Shown piece by piece: positions 1 through 9,474 of a stretch of DNA of 64,000 nucleotides (positions within the stretch are counted from its first letter, which is position 1; every line of letters begins with the position of its first letter). The stretch is from Acidobacteriaceae bacterium (lineage in GTDB: Bacteria > Acidobacteriota > Terriglobia > Terriglobales > Acidobacteriaceae). The notes under the pieces were generated by a model. It searched no databases. It was not told the origin of the DNA and saw nothing but the letters and a program-made list of their open reading frames with translations. The DNA lies in contig DATJTG010000266.1 in NCBI GenBank assembly GCA_035503555.1, positions 1,280-65,279 of the forward strand, given 5' to 3'. A program made the translations under genes and the position numbers.

Positions 1-290
1 AAGCGGCGCGGCTACGTCTCGAATGCGAGCGCATCGGCGTAGCGCAAATCGACCGCAAGCGCGACGCGGTGCACATCCGCTTCACTGAGTCCGCAGCGGT
101 CGATCCGGGCCGCCTGATGAAGCTCGTCGCCAGAAATGCGAAGCGCGGCGCGCAGTTCACGCCGCAAGGCGTGCTCAAGTTCCCCATCGCTTCGCTGAAG
201 CCGGACGAAATCCTCGCCGAAGTGCGGGCCTTGTTGGGAGAACTGGCGGACCAGAGCAGCGCTCAGCGTTCGGCGATCGGCGTTCCCTGA
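1..290 (+). CDS. mfd: Transcription-repair coupling factor Mfd, C-terminal fragment (5' end outside the window)
   Basis: Frame 3 is open from the window edge. The translated tail AARLRLECERIGVAQIDRKRDAVHIRFTESAAVDPGRLMKLV..GAQFTPQGVLKF matches by eye the C-terminal TRCF segment of bacterial Mfd. Stop codon at 288-290. Confidence 0.6.
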   Translation, partial: AARLRLECERIGVAQIDRKRDAVHIRFTESAAVDPGRLMKLVARNAKRGAQFTPQGVLKFPIASLKPDEILAEVRALLGELADQSSAQRSAIGVP

Positions 291-308
291 CGCTGGCCGC
301 AACCGCGC

Positions 309-1184
309 TCACGGTACCAGCGCAATCTCCACATGCCGATGGATCGTCTGCGCCTTCGGCGCGCCGCATTGTGTGAGCGCCGCGTCCTCGCAGATGCGGC
401 GCGAGAGCACGACCGGGTTGTTCATGGTCGCCGAGAGAATCTTGCCGTCGACGGTGCTCACCGTGATTGTGACGTCGAAAGTCTCCTTGCCCGCGCCTGC
501 CTCATACTTGCCCTCTGCCGTCTTCGTAATCTCCATCCAGTTGTTCGGCGTGTCCGCAATCGCCGATTCCATCCACGCGGCGGGGAATTTCAGCGGTGAC
601 TTTGCCGGGGGAACGTGATGCACCACGAGCACGGCGGTGTGCGCAGCCGCGTCAAGCGACTGCAAATGCAGATCGAAGTCGATCGCGTCGGTACCCGTGA
701 GAACCCGCGTGCCATCCGCCCACGAGCTCGGATTGGGATTCGGAACATAGAAGCGATCGCCCGCCTGATGAAAGAGGGGAATCTTCTGGAACAGCCAGTC
801 GTCAACGTAGAACGTCATCAGATCGGTCACCGGTCCGACGAAGCGCGGATCGAGCCCGGCGAGGTTCGGCCCCGAGGGCATGTGGCTGGGGTCGAGTGAA
901 AATGCGAGGCGCGCATCGAGCGTGGCCGGCGAGAGCACGACCGCCTGGCCGTCTGAGGTCATTGCCGTCCAGCGGAATTCCTCGACCCAGGAACCATCGG
1001 CGGCCTTCTTCACCACCCCCGCCGCATCGGCCGTGTAATGCCATGCATCGTTCGCGGCGGTCATGTGGTAGTGCAGCGCTTCGCCCTCCGTGTAGTGGCG
1101 GGCGATGGGACTTGTCGGGGCGGTTTGCGCGGCAAGCATCGCAGGCGCCACAAGCATTCCCAGAAACAGGGCGGCTTTTATCAT
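309..1184 (-). CDS. Secreted hypothetical protein
   Basis: The ORF 309..1319 is trimmed to the internal ATG at 1184, giving MIKAALFLGMLVAPAMLAAQ, a signal-peptide-like N-terminus with AAGGA upstream. Third-codon-position GC (GC3) bias is strong. I recognise no family. Confidence 0.6.
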   Translation of the reverse strand: MIKAALFLGMLVAPAMLAAQTAPTSPIARHYTEGEALHYHMTAANDAWHYTADAAGVVKKAADGSWVEEFRWTAMTSDGQAVVLSPATLDARLAFSLDPSHMPSGPNLAGLDPRFVGPVTDLMTFYVDDWLFQKIPLFHQAGDRFYVPNPNPSSWADGTRVLTGTDAIDFDLHLQSLDAAAHTAVLVVHHVPPAKSPLKFPAAWMESAIADTPNNWMEITKTAEGKYEAGAGKETFDVTITVSTVDGKILSATMNNPVVLSRRICEDAALTQCGAPKAQTIHRHVEIALVP

Positions 1185-1293
1185 GGAGTCCTTGCGTCCG
1201 TCATAGTCCCGCAAAAGGCCGCCGTCAACGCAAATTGCCAGAGGGTGAGTTACGTCCGGATGCAGGCGTAACGTCGAGCTTCGAGCTCGCGCA

Positions 1294-2007
1294 TCAGAAC
1301 CATCGCAGCAGCTCCGCAAACCCCGAAACTTCCAGCAGCCGCTGCCCCTCCGGCGCTGCGTCCAGCGAGTCGTGCTCCAGCACCCATGTGTTTGGGTGAT
1401 GGATGTACACTGCGTTCAGCCCGCAGGCGAGCGCAGGATTGATATCGGACCGCGGGCTGTTGCCGATCATCCACGTCTTCCCCGATTCGAGCGAGTACTT
1501 CTCGCAAACAGTGCGGTAGGCGCTGGGGTCCTTCTCGCGCGGCACTTCGACAGCAAAGAAATGGTGGGTCAGGCCGGAGCGGGCCAGCTTGTCCAGCTGC
1601 TCGTCCTGATCGCCCTTCGTCACCAGGATCAGACGATGGCGCTCCGCCAGAATCGGCAGCGTGGCCGCAACGCCCTCCAGGAGTTCGATCTCCTGGTCCG
1701 CAATGGTCTGCGCAAAGCTCAGGATGCGTTCGTGCTTGTCCGGCGTGACCGAAACCGGTGAAAGCCGCTCAAAACAAGCGACTAAGGCACGGCGAAAACT
1801 GACCAGTCCGTAGCCGTGCGCACGGACGTTTTCGCGCTCCACCTCGTTCAGCTTCTCGCGAACTTGCTCCCGCGTGTACTCCTTGTGGTCGACATAGGAG
1901 ATAAAAGCCGCGATGGCCCGCTCAAAATAGATATTATTTTCCCAGAGGGTGTCGTCGGCATCGATCAGGAGGATTTGACCGGGCTGAAATTGAGGCTGAG
2001 AAGACAT
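1294..2007 (-). CDS. HAD-superfamily hydrolase
   Basis: Only the C-terminal 237 aa of the 691-aa ORF is used. It starts MSSQPQFQPGQILLIDADDTLW (DxDxT motif I), followed by LVTKGD (motif II-like) and IGNSPRSD (motif III-like). Confidence 0.8.
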   Translation of the reverse strand: MSSQPQFQPGQILLIDADDTLWENNIYFERAIAAFISYVDHKEYTREQVREKLNEVERENVRAHGYGLVSFRRALVACFERLSPVSVTPDKHERILSFAQTIADQEIELLEGVAATLPILAERHRLILVTKGDQDEQLDKLARSGLTHHFFAVEVPREKDPSAYRTVCEKYSLESGKTWMIGNSPRSDINPALACGLNAVYIHHPNTWVLEHDSLDAAPEGQRLLEVSGFAELLRWF

Positions 2008-2202
2008 CGTTCTGAGCGTAACAGGTAGGCGGAGCGAAGCCGAGGCGAATATTCGGCGAAAATCGTGCGAAAACTGTCTGCCGAATGAACAACTTAAACG
2101 GTCTCGCCGGGTTCCAATAGGCATAACCCCGGTGCCGGGCCAGGGCAAAAAGGCACATTCTGGGAAGGTTCGGGCGTTGAGGGCCCCAGCGGCGCAAACG
2201 TG

Positions 2203-3204
2203 ATGCGATTCGTGTTGAAACTCGGACTGGTGATCGCACTGGCGGCTGCGCTGGGGTGTGCCCAGGCGCACGCCGACGCCGCGCTGCTCATGGAGGAGCC
2301 ATTCGGCGAGTTTGGGGCGATCAACCCCACCGGCCACGCTGCCATTTATTTGAACCGCGTCTGCGCCGACACACCCACGCATCTGCGTCCCTGCCGCGAG
2401 GGCGAGATAGGCGTCGTCCTGAGCCGGTATCACCGCATCGACGGGTACGACTGGCTCGCCATTCCGCTCATTCCTTACCTCTACGCGGTCGACGATCCCT
2501 CGGAGATTCCGGCTACCGCAACGCCGCGCCTCGAACGCAAACTGCGCGATACCTACCGGCGCGATCACCTCATCGATCTGGTTCCCGACGACCCCGAACA
2601 CGAGATCCCCGTCGGCGACTGGATCCAGCTGGTTGGAGCTTCCTATGACCGGCGCATCTGGGGTTTTGAGGTGGCGACGAGCACCGATCAGGACGACACA
2701 CTCATTCGGGAATTCAATGAGCGCAGGAACATCAGCCACTTCAATCTGTTCTTCAACAACTGCGCAAATTTCAGCGAAAAGGTGCTGAACTTCTACTATC
2801 CGCACTCGATCCATCGGAACTTTATCGCCGACGCGGCCATGATGACCCCGAAGCAGACGGCGAAGTCGCTGGTGAAGTACAGCCGCAAGCATCCGGAAGT
2901 CGACCTCAGGACGTTCGTCATTCCCCAGGTGCCGGGTACCATCAAACGCAGCACGCCGGTCGATGGCGTCGTGGAATCGCTGGTGAAGTCGAAGAAATAT
3001 GTGCTGCCGCTGGCCGCTCTGCACCCATTTGTGGCCGGGACGCTCGTGGTGGCCTACTTTGGCGACGGACGCTTCCACCCCGATCCGCATGCGGAAATCT
3101 ACAACCCCACCGAAGCCGCGGAGCCGGGTGAACCGATCGGCGCCGCGGCATCCGCCGGTGGCGCGGCAGGCGAGTTGACGGCAGACGAGCCTATCCAGCC
3201 ATAA
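2203..3204 (+). CDS. Secreted protein with a possible PPPDE/DeSI-like permuted papain fold
   Basis: Signal peptide MRFVLKLGLVIALAAALGCAQAHA (a GTG at 2200 is also possible). His in NPTGHAAIYL comes before Cys in FNLFFNNCANFSEKVL, which resembles the NNCNHF catalytic-Cys motif of PPPDE peptidases. Confidence 0.6.
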   Translation: MRFVLKLGLVIALAAALGCAQAHADAALLMEEPFGEFGAINPTGHAAIYLNRVCADTPTHLRPCREGEIGVVLSRYHRIDGYDWLAIPLIPYLYAVDDPSEIPATATPRLERKLRDTYRRDHLIDLVPDDPEHEIPVGDWIQLVGASYDRRIWGFEVATSTDQDDTLIREFNERRNISHFNLFFNNCANFSEKVLNFYYPHSIHRNFIADAAMMTPKQTAKSLVKYSRKHPEVDLRTFVIPQVPGTIKRSTPVDGVVESLVKSKKYVLPLAALHPFVAGTLVVAYFGDGRFHPDPHAEIYNPTEAAEPGEPIGAAASAGGAAGELTADEPIQP

Positions 3205-3298
3205 CGAGCGGCTCAACAGCCTCTCCTGCCCGCATGATCCCTCGGAAACCACGGCGCTCTCGCTCGCGTATGATGTTCCTTCCGCTTTTGGAGGAGCC

Positions 3299-5371
3299 AT
3301 GCGACGACTGCTGTTGGCAGCCAGCCTGCTGTCTGCGTTTACCCTTGCCGCCGTAGCCCAGAATCCCACTCCGGCGCCCGCCGACCAGCACTACGCGCCG
3401 ATCCCGGGATTCGATCCCTCGGCCATGAACACCAAAGCTGATCCCTGCACGGACTTTTACCAGTACGCCTGCGGCAATTTCGCCAGCGAGCACCCCATCC
3501 CGTCGGACCTGCCGGAATTCGACCAGTTCGCGAACCTTTACGAGTTCAACACCCAGGCCCTGCACGAGATTCTCGAGCAGGCCTCGGCAGGCCAGGCGAC
3601 CCCGGGCTCGAACGAGCAGAAGATCGGCGATTACTACAAAAGCTGCATGGATACTGACGCCATCGAGAAGAAGGGCCTCGCGCCGTTGCAGCCGGAACTG
3701 GACCGCATCGGCGCGCTCGAAGACAAGAAGGATCTCCCCGCTCTGATCGCGCACCTGAATCAGCTGGGCGTGGGCGTTTTCTTCGATTTCAGCTCGCAGC
3801 AGGATTTCAAGGACGCCACGCAGGAAATTGCTTACATCGACCAGGGCGGACTCGGACTGCCGGAGAAAGACTACTACCTGCGCACCGATCCGAAGAGCGT
3901 CGAGCTGCGTAAACAGTACGTGACGCACATCGGGAAGATGCTGATGCTTCTGGGCTACGGTCCTGACGAAGCCGCCTCGGCCGCTGTCCAGGTGATGGCT
4001 CTCGAAACCGCGCTCGCCAAAGGATCGATGGGCGTTGTGGACCGACGTGACCCGGAGAAGATCTACCACATGACGCCGATCGATAAGTTCGCCACGACCG
4101 CTCCGCTGATCGACGCCAGGCAGTACATCGCCCTCATGGGTGCGCCGGCGGTCGAGCAGCTCAATGTCGTTTCCCCGGCATTCTTCCCCGCGCTGAACAA
4201 AGCCATCGACGATGCCGAACTCACCACCATCAAGGCCTACCTGCGCGTGCATCTCGCCGATTCCTTCTCCATGCGCCTGCCCAAAGCCTTCGACGACGAA
4301 AATTTCGATTTCTACGGACGCAAGCTGACCGGCACGCCGGAGCAGCAGGCGCGCTGGAAGCGCTGCGTCAACGCCACCGACGCCTCGCTGGGCGAAGCCC
4401 TCGGCCAGCTCTATGTGCAAAAGTACTTCACGCCCGACATGAAGGCCTCAACGCTGCAAATGGTCCACGACATCGAAGCCGCGATGGGCAAGGACATCGA
4501 AGGCCTCGACTGGATGAGCACCGCCACCAAAGCGAAGGCCGAAGACAAGCTCCACATGGTGGCCGACAAGATCGGGTATCCCAACAAGTGGCGCGATTAC
4601 TCGAAGCTCTCCATTGAGCCCGGCGACGCGCTGGGAAATTCGTTCCGCTCGCGCCTGTTCGAGGTCGCCTATCAGCTGAACAAAATCGGCAAGCCCGTCA
4701 ACCGCGACGAGTGGCAGATGACGCCGCCAACGGTGAATGCCTACTACGATCCCAGCATGAACGACATCAACTTCCCCGCCGGGATTCTCCAGCCTGCGTT
4801 CTACGACAAGGACGCAACCGACGCCACCAACTACGGCCACATCGGCGCGGTCGTCGGCCACGAACTTACCCACGGCTTCGACGATCAGGGCGCGAAGTTC
4901 GACGGCCAGGGCAATCTCCACAACTGGTGGACGCCCGCGGATAAGCAGAAGTTCGAAGTGAAAACCAACTGCCTCGTGCAGGAATACGGTTCGTTTACTG
5001 CCGTCGACGACGTGAAGGTGAACGGCAAGCTGACCCTCGGCGAAAACACCGCCGACAACGGCGGCGTTCGCATCGCATTGATGGCTTTGATGGCGCGCGA
5101 AGCCATGAAGGGCGCAGCCGCGAGCCAGACCGAAGAGCAGGCCTCCGAGCACACGTACACGCTGGAGCAGCAGTTCTTCATCGGCTACGCGCAGAACTGG
5201 TGCTCCAACGAGCGGCCCGAGTTCATCCGCATGCTCGCCAATGTCGATCCGCATTCGCCCGACGCCCTGCGCGTGAAAGGCGTGCTCGTCAATACACCGG
5301 AGTTCGCGAAGGCCTTCAACTGCAAAGCCGGGCAACCGATGGCGCCGGTGAAGAGCTGCCGCGTCTGGTAA
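3299..5371 (+). CDS. pepO: M13-family zinc metallopeptidase (PepO / endothelin-converting-enzyme-like), secreted
   Basis: Signal peptide MRRLLLAASLLSAFTLAAVAQ. HExxH zinc site VVGHELTHGFDDQG and the downstream GENTADNGG (ExxxD) motif. C-terminal CRVW is typical of M13. Length 690 aa. Confidence 0.9.
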   Translation: MRRLLLAASLLSAFTLAAVAQNPTPAPADQHYAPIPGFDPSAMNTKADPCTDFYQYACGNFASEHPIPSDLPEFDQFANLYEFNTQALHEILEQASAGQATPGSNEQKIGDYYKSCMDTDAIEKKGLAPLQPELDRIGALEDKKDLPALIAHLNQLGVGVFFDFSSQQDFKDATQEIAYIDQGGLGLPEKDYYLRTDPKSVELRKQYVTHIGKMLMLLGYGPDEAASAAVQVMALETALAKGSMGVVDRRDPEKIYHMTPIDKFATTAPLIDARQYIALMGAPAVEQLNVVSPAFFPALNKAIDDAELTTIKAYLRVHLADSFSMRLPKAFDDENFDFYGRKLTGTPEQQARWKRCVNATDASLGEALGQLYVQKYFTPDMKASTLQMVHDIEAAMGKDIEGLDWMSTATKAKAEDKLHMVADKIGYPNKWRDYSKLSIEPGDALGNSFRSRLFEVAYQLNKIGKPVNRDEWQMTPPTVNAYYDPSMNDINFPAGILQPAFYDKDATDATNYGHIGAVVGHELTHGFDDQGAKFDGQGNLHNWWTPADKQKFEVKTNCLVQEYGSFTAVDDVKVNGKLTLGENTADNGGVRIALMALMAREAMKGAAASQTEEQASEHTYTLEQQFFIGYAQNWCSNERPEFIRMLANVDPHSPDALRVKGVLVNTPEFAKAFNCKAGQPMAPVKSCRVW

Positions 5372-5415
5372 CCACTTCGCGCGCTTCCGCTCGCATTCAG
5401 GCAAAACCTCAAAGA

Positions 5416-5458
5416 CCGGAATCCGGATTTTTCCGGATTCCGGCCTTCTCTTTCTCCC
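5416..5458. terminator. Rho-independent terminator between convergent genes (pepO and the small minus-strand ORF)
   Basis: Perfect 11-bp inverted repeat CCGGAATCCGG-ATTTTT-CCGGATTCCGG (5416-5443), followed by a CT/T-rich tract. Confidence 0.7.
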
Positions 5459-5506
5459 TGGTCGTTTCCCTGCACCGAATGCAGAAATGCCTGCAGGCGC
5501 TTCTGT

Positions 5507-5761
5507 CTATTTCTGCCCGGAGAAACGGCTCCGATCCTTCGCCGTCGCCTCCGCGCTCACGCGGCTCGCCTCATCGCCAAAATCCTGCGCGCCGCAGGCG
5601 TAGTCCGTGCTGCCGTACCCTTTGCGGCCTTCGTTCGGGATGCGCCTTCTCTCGTCCTCGTTGAGGCCCCAGCCCAGTTCGTGCGCGTTCTCGCTGGAGC
5701 GTTTGCGGGTGTGCTCGCTGAATCCTCGCGGCTCATGGTTCGATTCGCGTTTCGTCTCCAT
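5507..5761 (-). CDS. Small hydrophilic hypothetical protein (84 aa)
   Basis: Internal ATG at 5761 (METKRESNHEPRGFSEH..). Strong GC3 codon bias across the ORF. Very charged composition reminiscent of small stress proteins, but no family is recognised. Confidence 0.5.
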   Translation of the reverse strand: METKRESNHEPRGFSEHTRKRSSENAHELGWGLNEDERRRIPNEGRKGYGSTDYACGAQDFGDEASRVSAEATAKDRSRFSGQK

Positions 5762-5887
5762 ACTCGTGGGATGACCCCAGCGCGGCTCGCGGTGGCTCTG
5801 CGCATCCCCTAAAACCGCACGTTCCGTCGTCCTCAATTTTCGATTCCTGCTCGCAGACAACTCCGCACATGGTGCCCGCGCTGCGAT

Positions 5888-5920
5888 TCAAAAGAAGAGC
5901 CGTCCCTTGGCCGACGGCCG
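5888..5920 (-). terminator. Rho-independent terminator downstream of pheT
   Basis: On the minus strand: GCCGTC-ggccaagg-GACGGC followed by TCTTCTTTTG, about 45 nt after the pheT stop. Confidence 0.55.
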
Positions 5921-5964
5921 GCAGAGCAATGCAGTGCAGGCCAGATTCCAGGATCGCAGCGGCA

Positions 5965-8052
5965 TTAGCTCCGCAACTTCGCCCCGACGGCCTCGAGCGC
6001 CGTCACCATCTGCTGCGACCACGACTGCACCTCTTCCTCGCGCAGCGTGCGCTCGTGCGACTGAAACACCGCGCCCAGCAGCAGCGAATAGTGCCCCGCC
6101 GGCACGAGCTTGCCTTTCGCGTCACGCAGTACTTCTTTTGGCGCGTAGCTCAGCAGTTCCGGAATCGCCAGCGCATCGACAGCCGCGACGATCGTCGAAT
6201 ACGTAACTGTATCGGGCACAATCAGTGAGAAATCCCGCCGAACCGGCTGATAGCGAGACAATTCGCGCATCACAGGCTGGCGCAGATTCTGCTTGTAGAG
6301 GCGATCCAGCCAGACTTCGCCGATCTGAACCGCCTGCTTGATCTTGCGCCGCTCCGCTTCCGCAGGATGCAGCTCTCCAAACCAAGCCACCGTGGCGCCG
6401 TCGAGCACCGCCCGCGCGCTCCGGCCGGGATGCAGCCACGCCGACATCAGCCCTGCCGCCGCCGGAAAACGATCGAAGTACAGCGACCGCGCGGCAAAAT
6501 TGCCCAGCAGGGCTTCCATCGCGCTCTTCAGATCGTAAAAATCCGGCTCCGGTCTCCCGAACGCGTGACCTGCGGCTCCAATCGCCAGCGTCGGCCGTTC
6601 GTCGACGCGCGGATAGCCGTTGTCGGGAGATCCCGAAAACGACGTGCCCATCTCGAACAGCGCCGCGCCTTCCACATCGCGGCTAATGTTCAGCGCCAGC
6701 ATCTGCAGCATGCCCGGCACCAGCGACGGCCGCAGCATGCCCGCCTCTTCGCTCAGCGGATTGCCGAGCGCCACCGAAGATTTCGGCTCGCGCGCGAACA
6801 ACGCAGCATCTTCCGCCGAGCAAAACGTCGACGAAATGGCCTCGGTGAAGCCCAGCGCCAGCAGCGTGCTTCTCAGCTTCGCTTCCTTTTCGGCCCACGG
6901 CAGTTCCACCACGCTTCCGGCGAACGCGGGCAGCGTATTGCGAAAACGGTCGTAGCCGTACACGCGCGCGATCTCTTCCACCAGATCGATCTCGCGCTCC
7001 AGATCGAGCCGCCACGAAGGCAGCGTCACATCCCACTGCTCGGGTGAAGTCGCAGCAAGCCGGCAACCCAGCCCGGTCAGGATCGACTCGGCAACAGGCG
7101 CTGTGATTCCGGCGGGATCTTCCGTGGGACCGAGAATCCGATGCGCTTCGCTCAGCGCGAACGAGATTGCGGTACGCTGCGCCGTGCGCGCGGCAATTTC
7201 CGGCACGATCACATCCACCAGCTCGCCTACCGCAGTTCCGCCGGCTTCCAGAATGAGTTTGCTCACCAGCGCGCTGGCCACCGGCGGCGCGTTGAAGTCG
7301 GCCCCGCGTTCAAAGCGATGCGACGCATCCGTGTGCAGCTGATGCCGCTTCGACGAGCGCCGCACCGTGGTCTGCTCGAACCACGCCGCCTCCACGAGGA
7401 TGTTTTTCGTCTCCGCGGTGATCATCGTGTCCCACCCGCCCATCACCCCGGCCAGGCCGACGGCTTTCTTTTCATCGGCAACTACCAGATCATCGGCATC
7501 GAGCGTCCGCTCCACTCCGTCCAGCGTCCGCAGCTTTTCGCCCTTCCGCGCGCGGCGCACGATAATGCCGCCCTCCAGCTTGTCAAGATCGAACACGTGC
7601 GTGGGCTGGCCGATCGCAAGCGTGCAGAAATTCGTCGCGTCCACGGCGTTCGATATTGCCTTCTGCTCCAGCAGGCGGAACCGCTCGGCGACAGTGCCGG
7701 TGGCTGCAAGAATCTTCACATCGCGCAAAATGCGCGCGGTGAAGCGCCCGCACGCGTCGTTGGCTTCAATCCGCACAGGAAACCCAGCACCGGCCTGCGG
7801 CGAGGGCAATGCGACATCGAGTGGCGCCAGCGTCAGCCCGTAGATCGTCGCCGCTTCGCGCGCGATGCCGTAGTGGTTCATCGCATCTACGCGATTCGTC
7901 GTGATGTCCATCTCAAACAGCGAGCCGTGCGCGCCGAGATCGAAGACGCCCTCGACCGCAATACCACGGAGGGTCAGGTCGTCGGCCAGTTCGCGGTCCG
8001 AGACCGCAATGCCGGGCAGGTAAGAGCGAAGCCAGGAGCTGAGTATCTTCAC
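5965..8052 (-). CDS. pheT: Phenylalanine--tRNA ligase beta subunit (short form, 695 aa)
   Basis: N-terminus MKILSSWLRSYLP..DLTLRGIAVEGV is typical of PheT. B3/4 and B5 regions and a C-terminal FDX-ACB-like region are present. The start overlaps the pheS stop by 4 nt. Confidence 0.95.
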   Translation of the reverse strand: MKILSSWLRSYLPGIAVSDRELADDLTLRGIAVEGVFDLGAHGSLFEMDITTNRVDAMNHYGIAREAATIYGLTLAPLDVALPSPQAGAGFPVRIEANDACGRFTARILRDVKILAATGTVAERFRLLEQKAISNAVDATNFCTLAIGQPTHVFDLDKLEGGIIVRRARKGEKLRTLDGVERTLDADDLVVADEKKAVGLAGVMGGWDTMITAETKNILVEAAWFEQTTVRRSSKRHQLHTDASHRFERGADFNAPPVASALVSKLILEAGGTAVGELVDVIVPEIAARTAQRTAISFALSEAHRILGPTEDPAGITAPVAESILTGLGCRLAATSPEQWDVTLPSWRLDLEREIDLVEEIARVYGYDRFRNTLPAFAGSVVELPWAEKEAKLRSTLLALGFTEAISSTFCSAEDAALFAREPKSSVALGNPLSEEAGMLRPSLVPGMLQMLALNISRDVEGAALFEMGTSFSGSPDNGYPRVDERPTLAIGAAGHAFGRPEPDFYDLKSAMEALLGNFAARSLYFDRFPAAAGLMSAWLHPGRSARAVLDGATVAWFGELHPAEAERRKIKQAVQIGEVWLDRLYKQNLRQPVMRELSRYQPVRRDFSLIVPDTVTYSTIVAAVDALAIPELLSYAPKEVLRDAKGKLVPAGHYSLLLGAVFQSHERTLREEEVQSWSQQMVTALEAVGAKLRS

Positions 8053-9155
8053 GCGAACTGCTCCAGGAATCTGAGATCCCCCGAGAACATCAACCCAATA
8101 TCCCCAATGCCGTACTTCATCATGGCCACGCGGTCGATGCCCATGCCGAAGGCGAAGCCCGCGATCTTCTTCGGGTCGTAGGCCGGTTGCTTCAGGCGCG
8201 CGAACTCAAACACCGCGGGATCGACCATGCCGCAGCCCAGCAGTTCGATCCAGCCGGAGTACTTGCACTTGCGGCAGCCCGCCTGTCCGCAGAACGGGCA
8301 GCTGATCGACACATCGGCGCTCGGCTCCGTGAACGGAAAGAACGACGGAAAGAAGCGCGTCTTCACCTGCGAACCGAACAGCGCCTTCATCGCGAAGTCG
8401 AGCGTGCCCTTCAGGTCGCCGAACGTGATGTTGGTGTCGACGCACAGGCCCTCGATCTGGTGAAACATCGGGGAATGCGTCGCGTCGGCCGCGTCGTTGC
8501 GGTGCACCTTGCCGGGAATGATGATGCGCAGCGGCGGCGCCTGCTGCTCCATGGTGCGAATCTGCACCGGCGAAGTGTGCGTGCGCATCAGCAGGCGGTC
8601 GCGCAGCGGGCGGCGTTCCTGGTGGGCCACCACCAGCGTGTCCTGGGTGTCGCGCGCCGGATGACCCGGCGGGAAGTTCAGGGACTCGAAATTGTAGTAG
8701 TCCGTTTCGACCTCGGGGCCGACACCGACCGAATACCCCATGCGCTGGAAGATCGCCACCAGCTCGTTCCAGGTTTTGATCAGCGGATGCTCGGCGCCAA
8801 TCGCGTGGCGGGGTCCAGGCAGCGTAATGTCGATGGCCTCGGCGTCCAGTGCAGCGGCAGGCACGCCGGCACGCGCACCTTCATCCAGGCGCTGCTCAAT
8901 GCGCGCCTTGAGGGTGTTGAATCGCTGGCCGATCAGCTTTTTGGCGTCCCCGGGCGCGGCCTTCAGCCACGCGTCGCTGATCAGCTTCAGCCGCCCCTGT
9001 TTCCGCCCGAGCCAGCGCAGCCTGAATTCCTCGGTCGCCTCCGGCGACTGGAGCGACTGCGCCGAGATCTCAACTTCAGCCGCCACCGCGGCGAATGCGC
9101 GGTCCAGCTCAGGCTCGGAGTAGCCCCCGAGCGATGGAATTGCGTCTTCCTGCAT
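8049..9155 (-). CDS. pheS: Phenylalanine--tRNA ligase alpha subunit
   Basis: Class II aaRS motifs: HPARDTQDT, LRTHTSPVQIR-type (here MRTHTSPVQIR), and FPFTEPSADV ... GCGMVDP ... GFAFGMGIDR. Confidence 0.95.
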   Translation of the reverse strand: MQEDAIPSLGGYSEPELDRAFAAVAAEVEISAQSLQSPEATEEFRLRWLGRKQGRLKLISDAWLKAAPGDAKKLIGQRFNTLKARIEQRLDEGARAGVPAAALDAEAIDITLPGPRHAIGAEHPLIKTWNELVAIFQRMGYSVGVGPEVETDYYNFESLNFPPGHPARDTQDTLVVAHQERRPLRDRLLMRTHTSPVQIRTMEQQAPPLRIIIPGKVHRNDAADATHSPMFHQIEGLCVDTNITFGDLKGTLDFAMKALFGSQVKTRFFPSFFPFTEPSADVSISCPFCGQAGCRKCKYSGWIELLGCGMVDPAVFEFARLKQPAYDPKKIAGFAFGMGIDRVAMMKYGIGDIGLMFSGDLRFLEQFA

Positions 9156-9474
9156 GATTCTTTTGATTGTAGCGGGTAGTGTGCGGCGGCGAACCGAGAC
9201 GCAGCGGCGGTACGTATTCTGCGGTTGACTCTTCCAATTTCGGATTACTCAACCCGCCGCGTGGCCATCACACCGTCCTTGCGCCTGAAACTTCCGGCTT
9301 TCCCTTATGGCATGATGAGGCCACAAGTACCGTATTTCCATCAGATGCAGAATTTGAGGGGGTTTTGGGCGCCATCGGTATGGGCTGCGTTCCTTTCCGT
9401 GACGCTCAAAGCGGCCCGAATTCGCCTGAACCCTGCGCCGGGGAGCGCATACTACGGCGGTCTACACTAATCCC

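Noticed and set aside
1294-3369. 691-aa minus-strand ORF, the longest ORF in the first 5 kb
   Set aside because: Only the last 237 aa (from the ATG at 2007) carry a family signature (HAD). The upstream 450 aa are Arg/Gly/Ala-rich low-complexity sequence antisense to the well-supported plus-strand gene 2203..3204 and to the pepO start. This is a typical high-GC shadow ORF fused in frame.
9156-9474. 319-bp region upstream of pheS as a T-box or ribosomal-protein leader
   Set aside because: I could not identify a specifier loop, a T-box consensus or a convincing terminator/antiterminator pair. It is more likely just the divergent promoter region for pheS and the gamma-CA-like gene.
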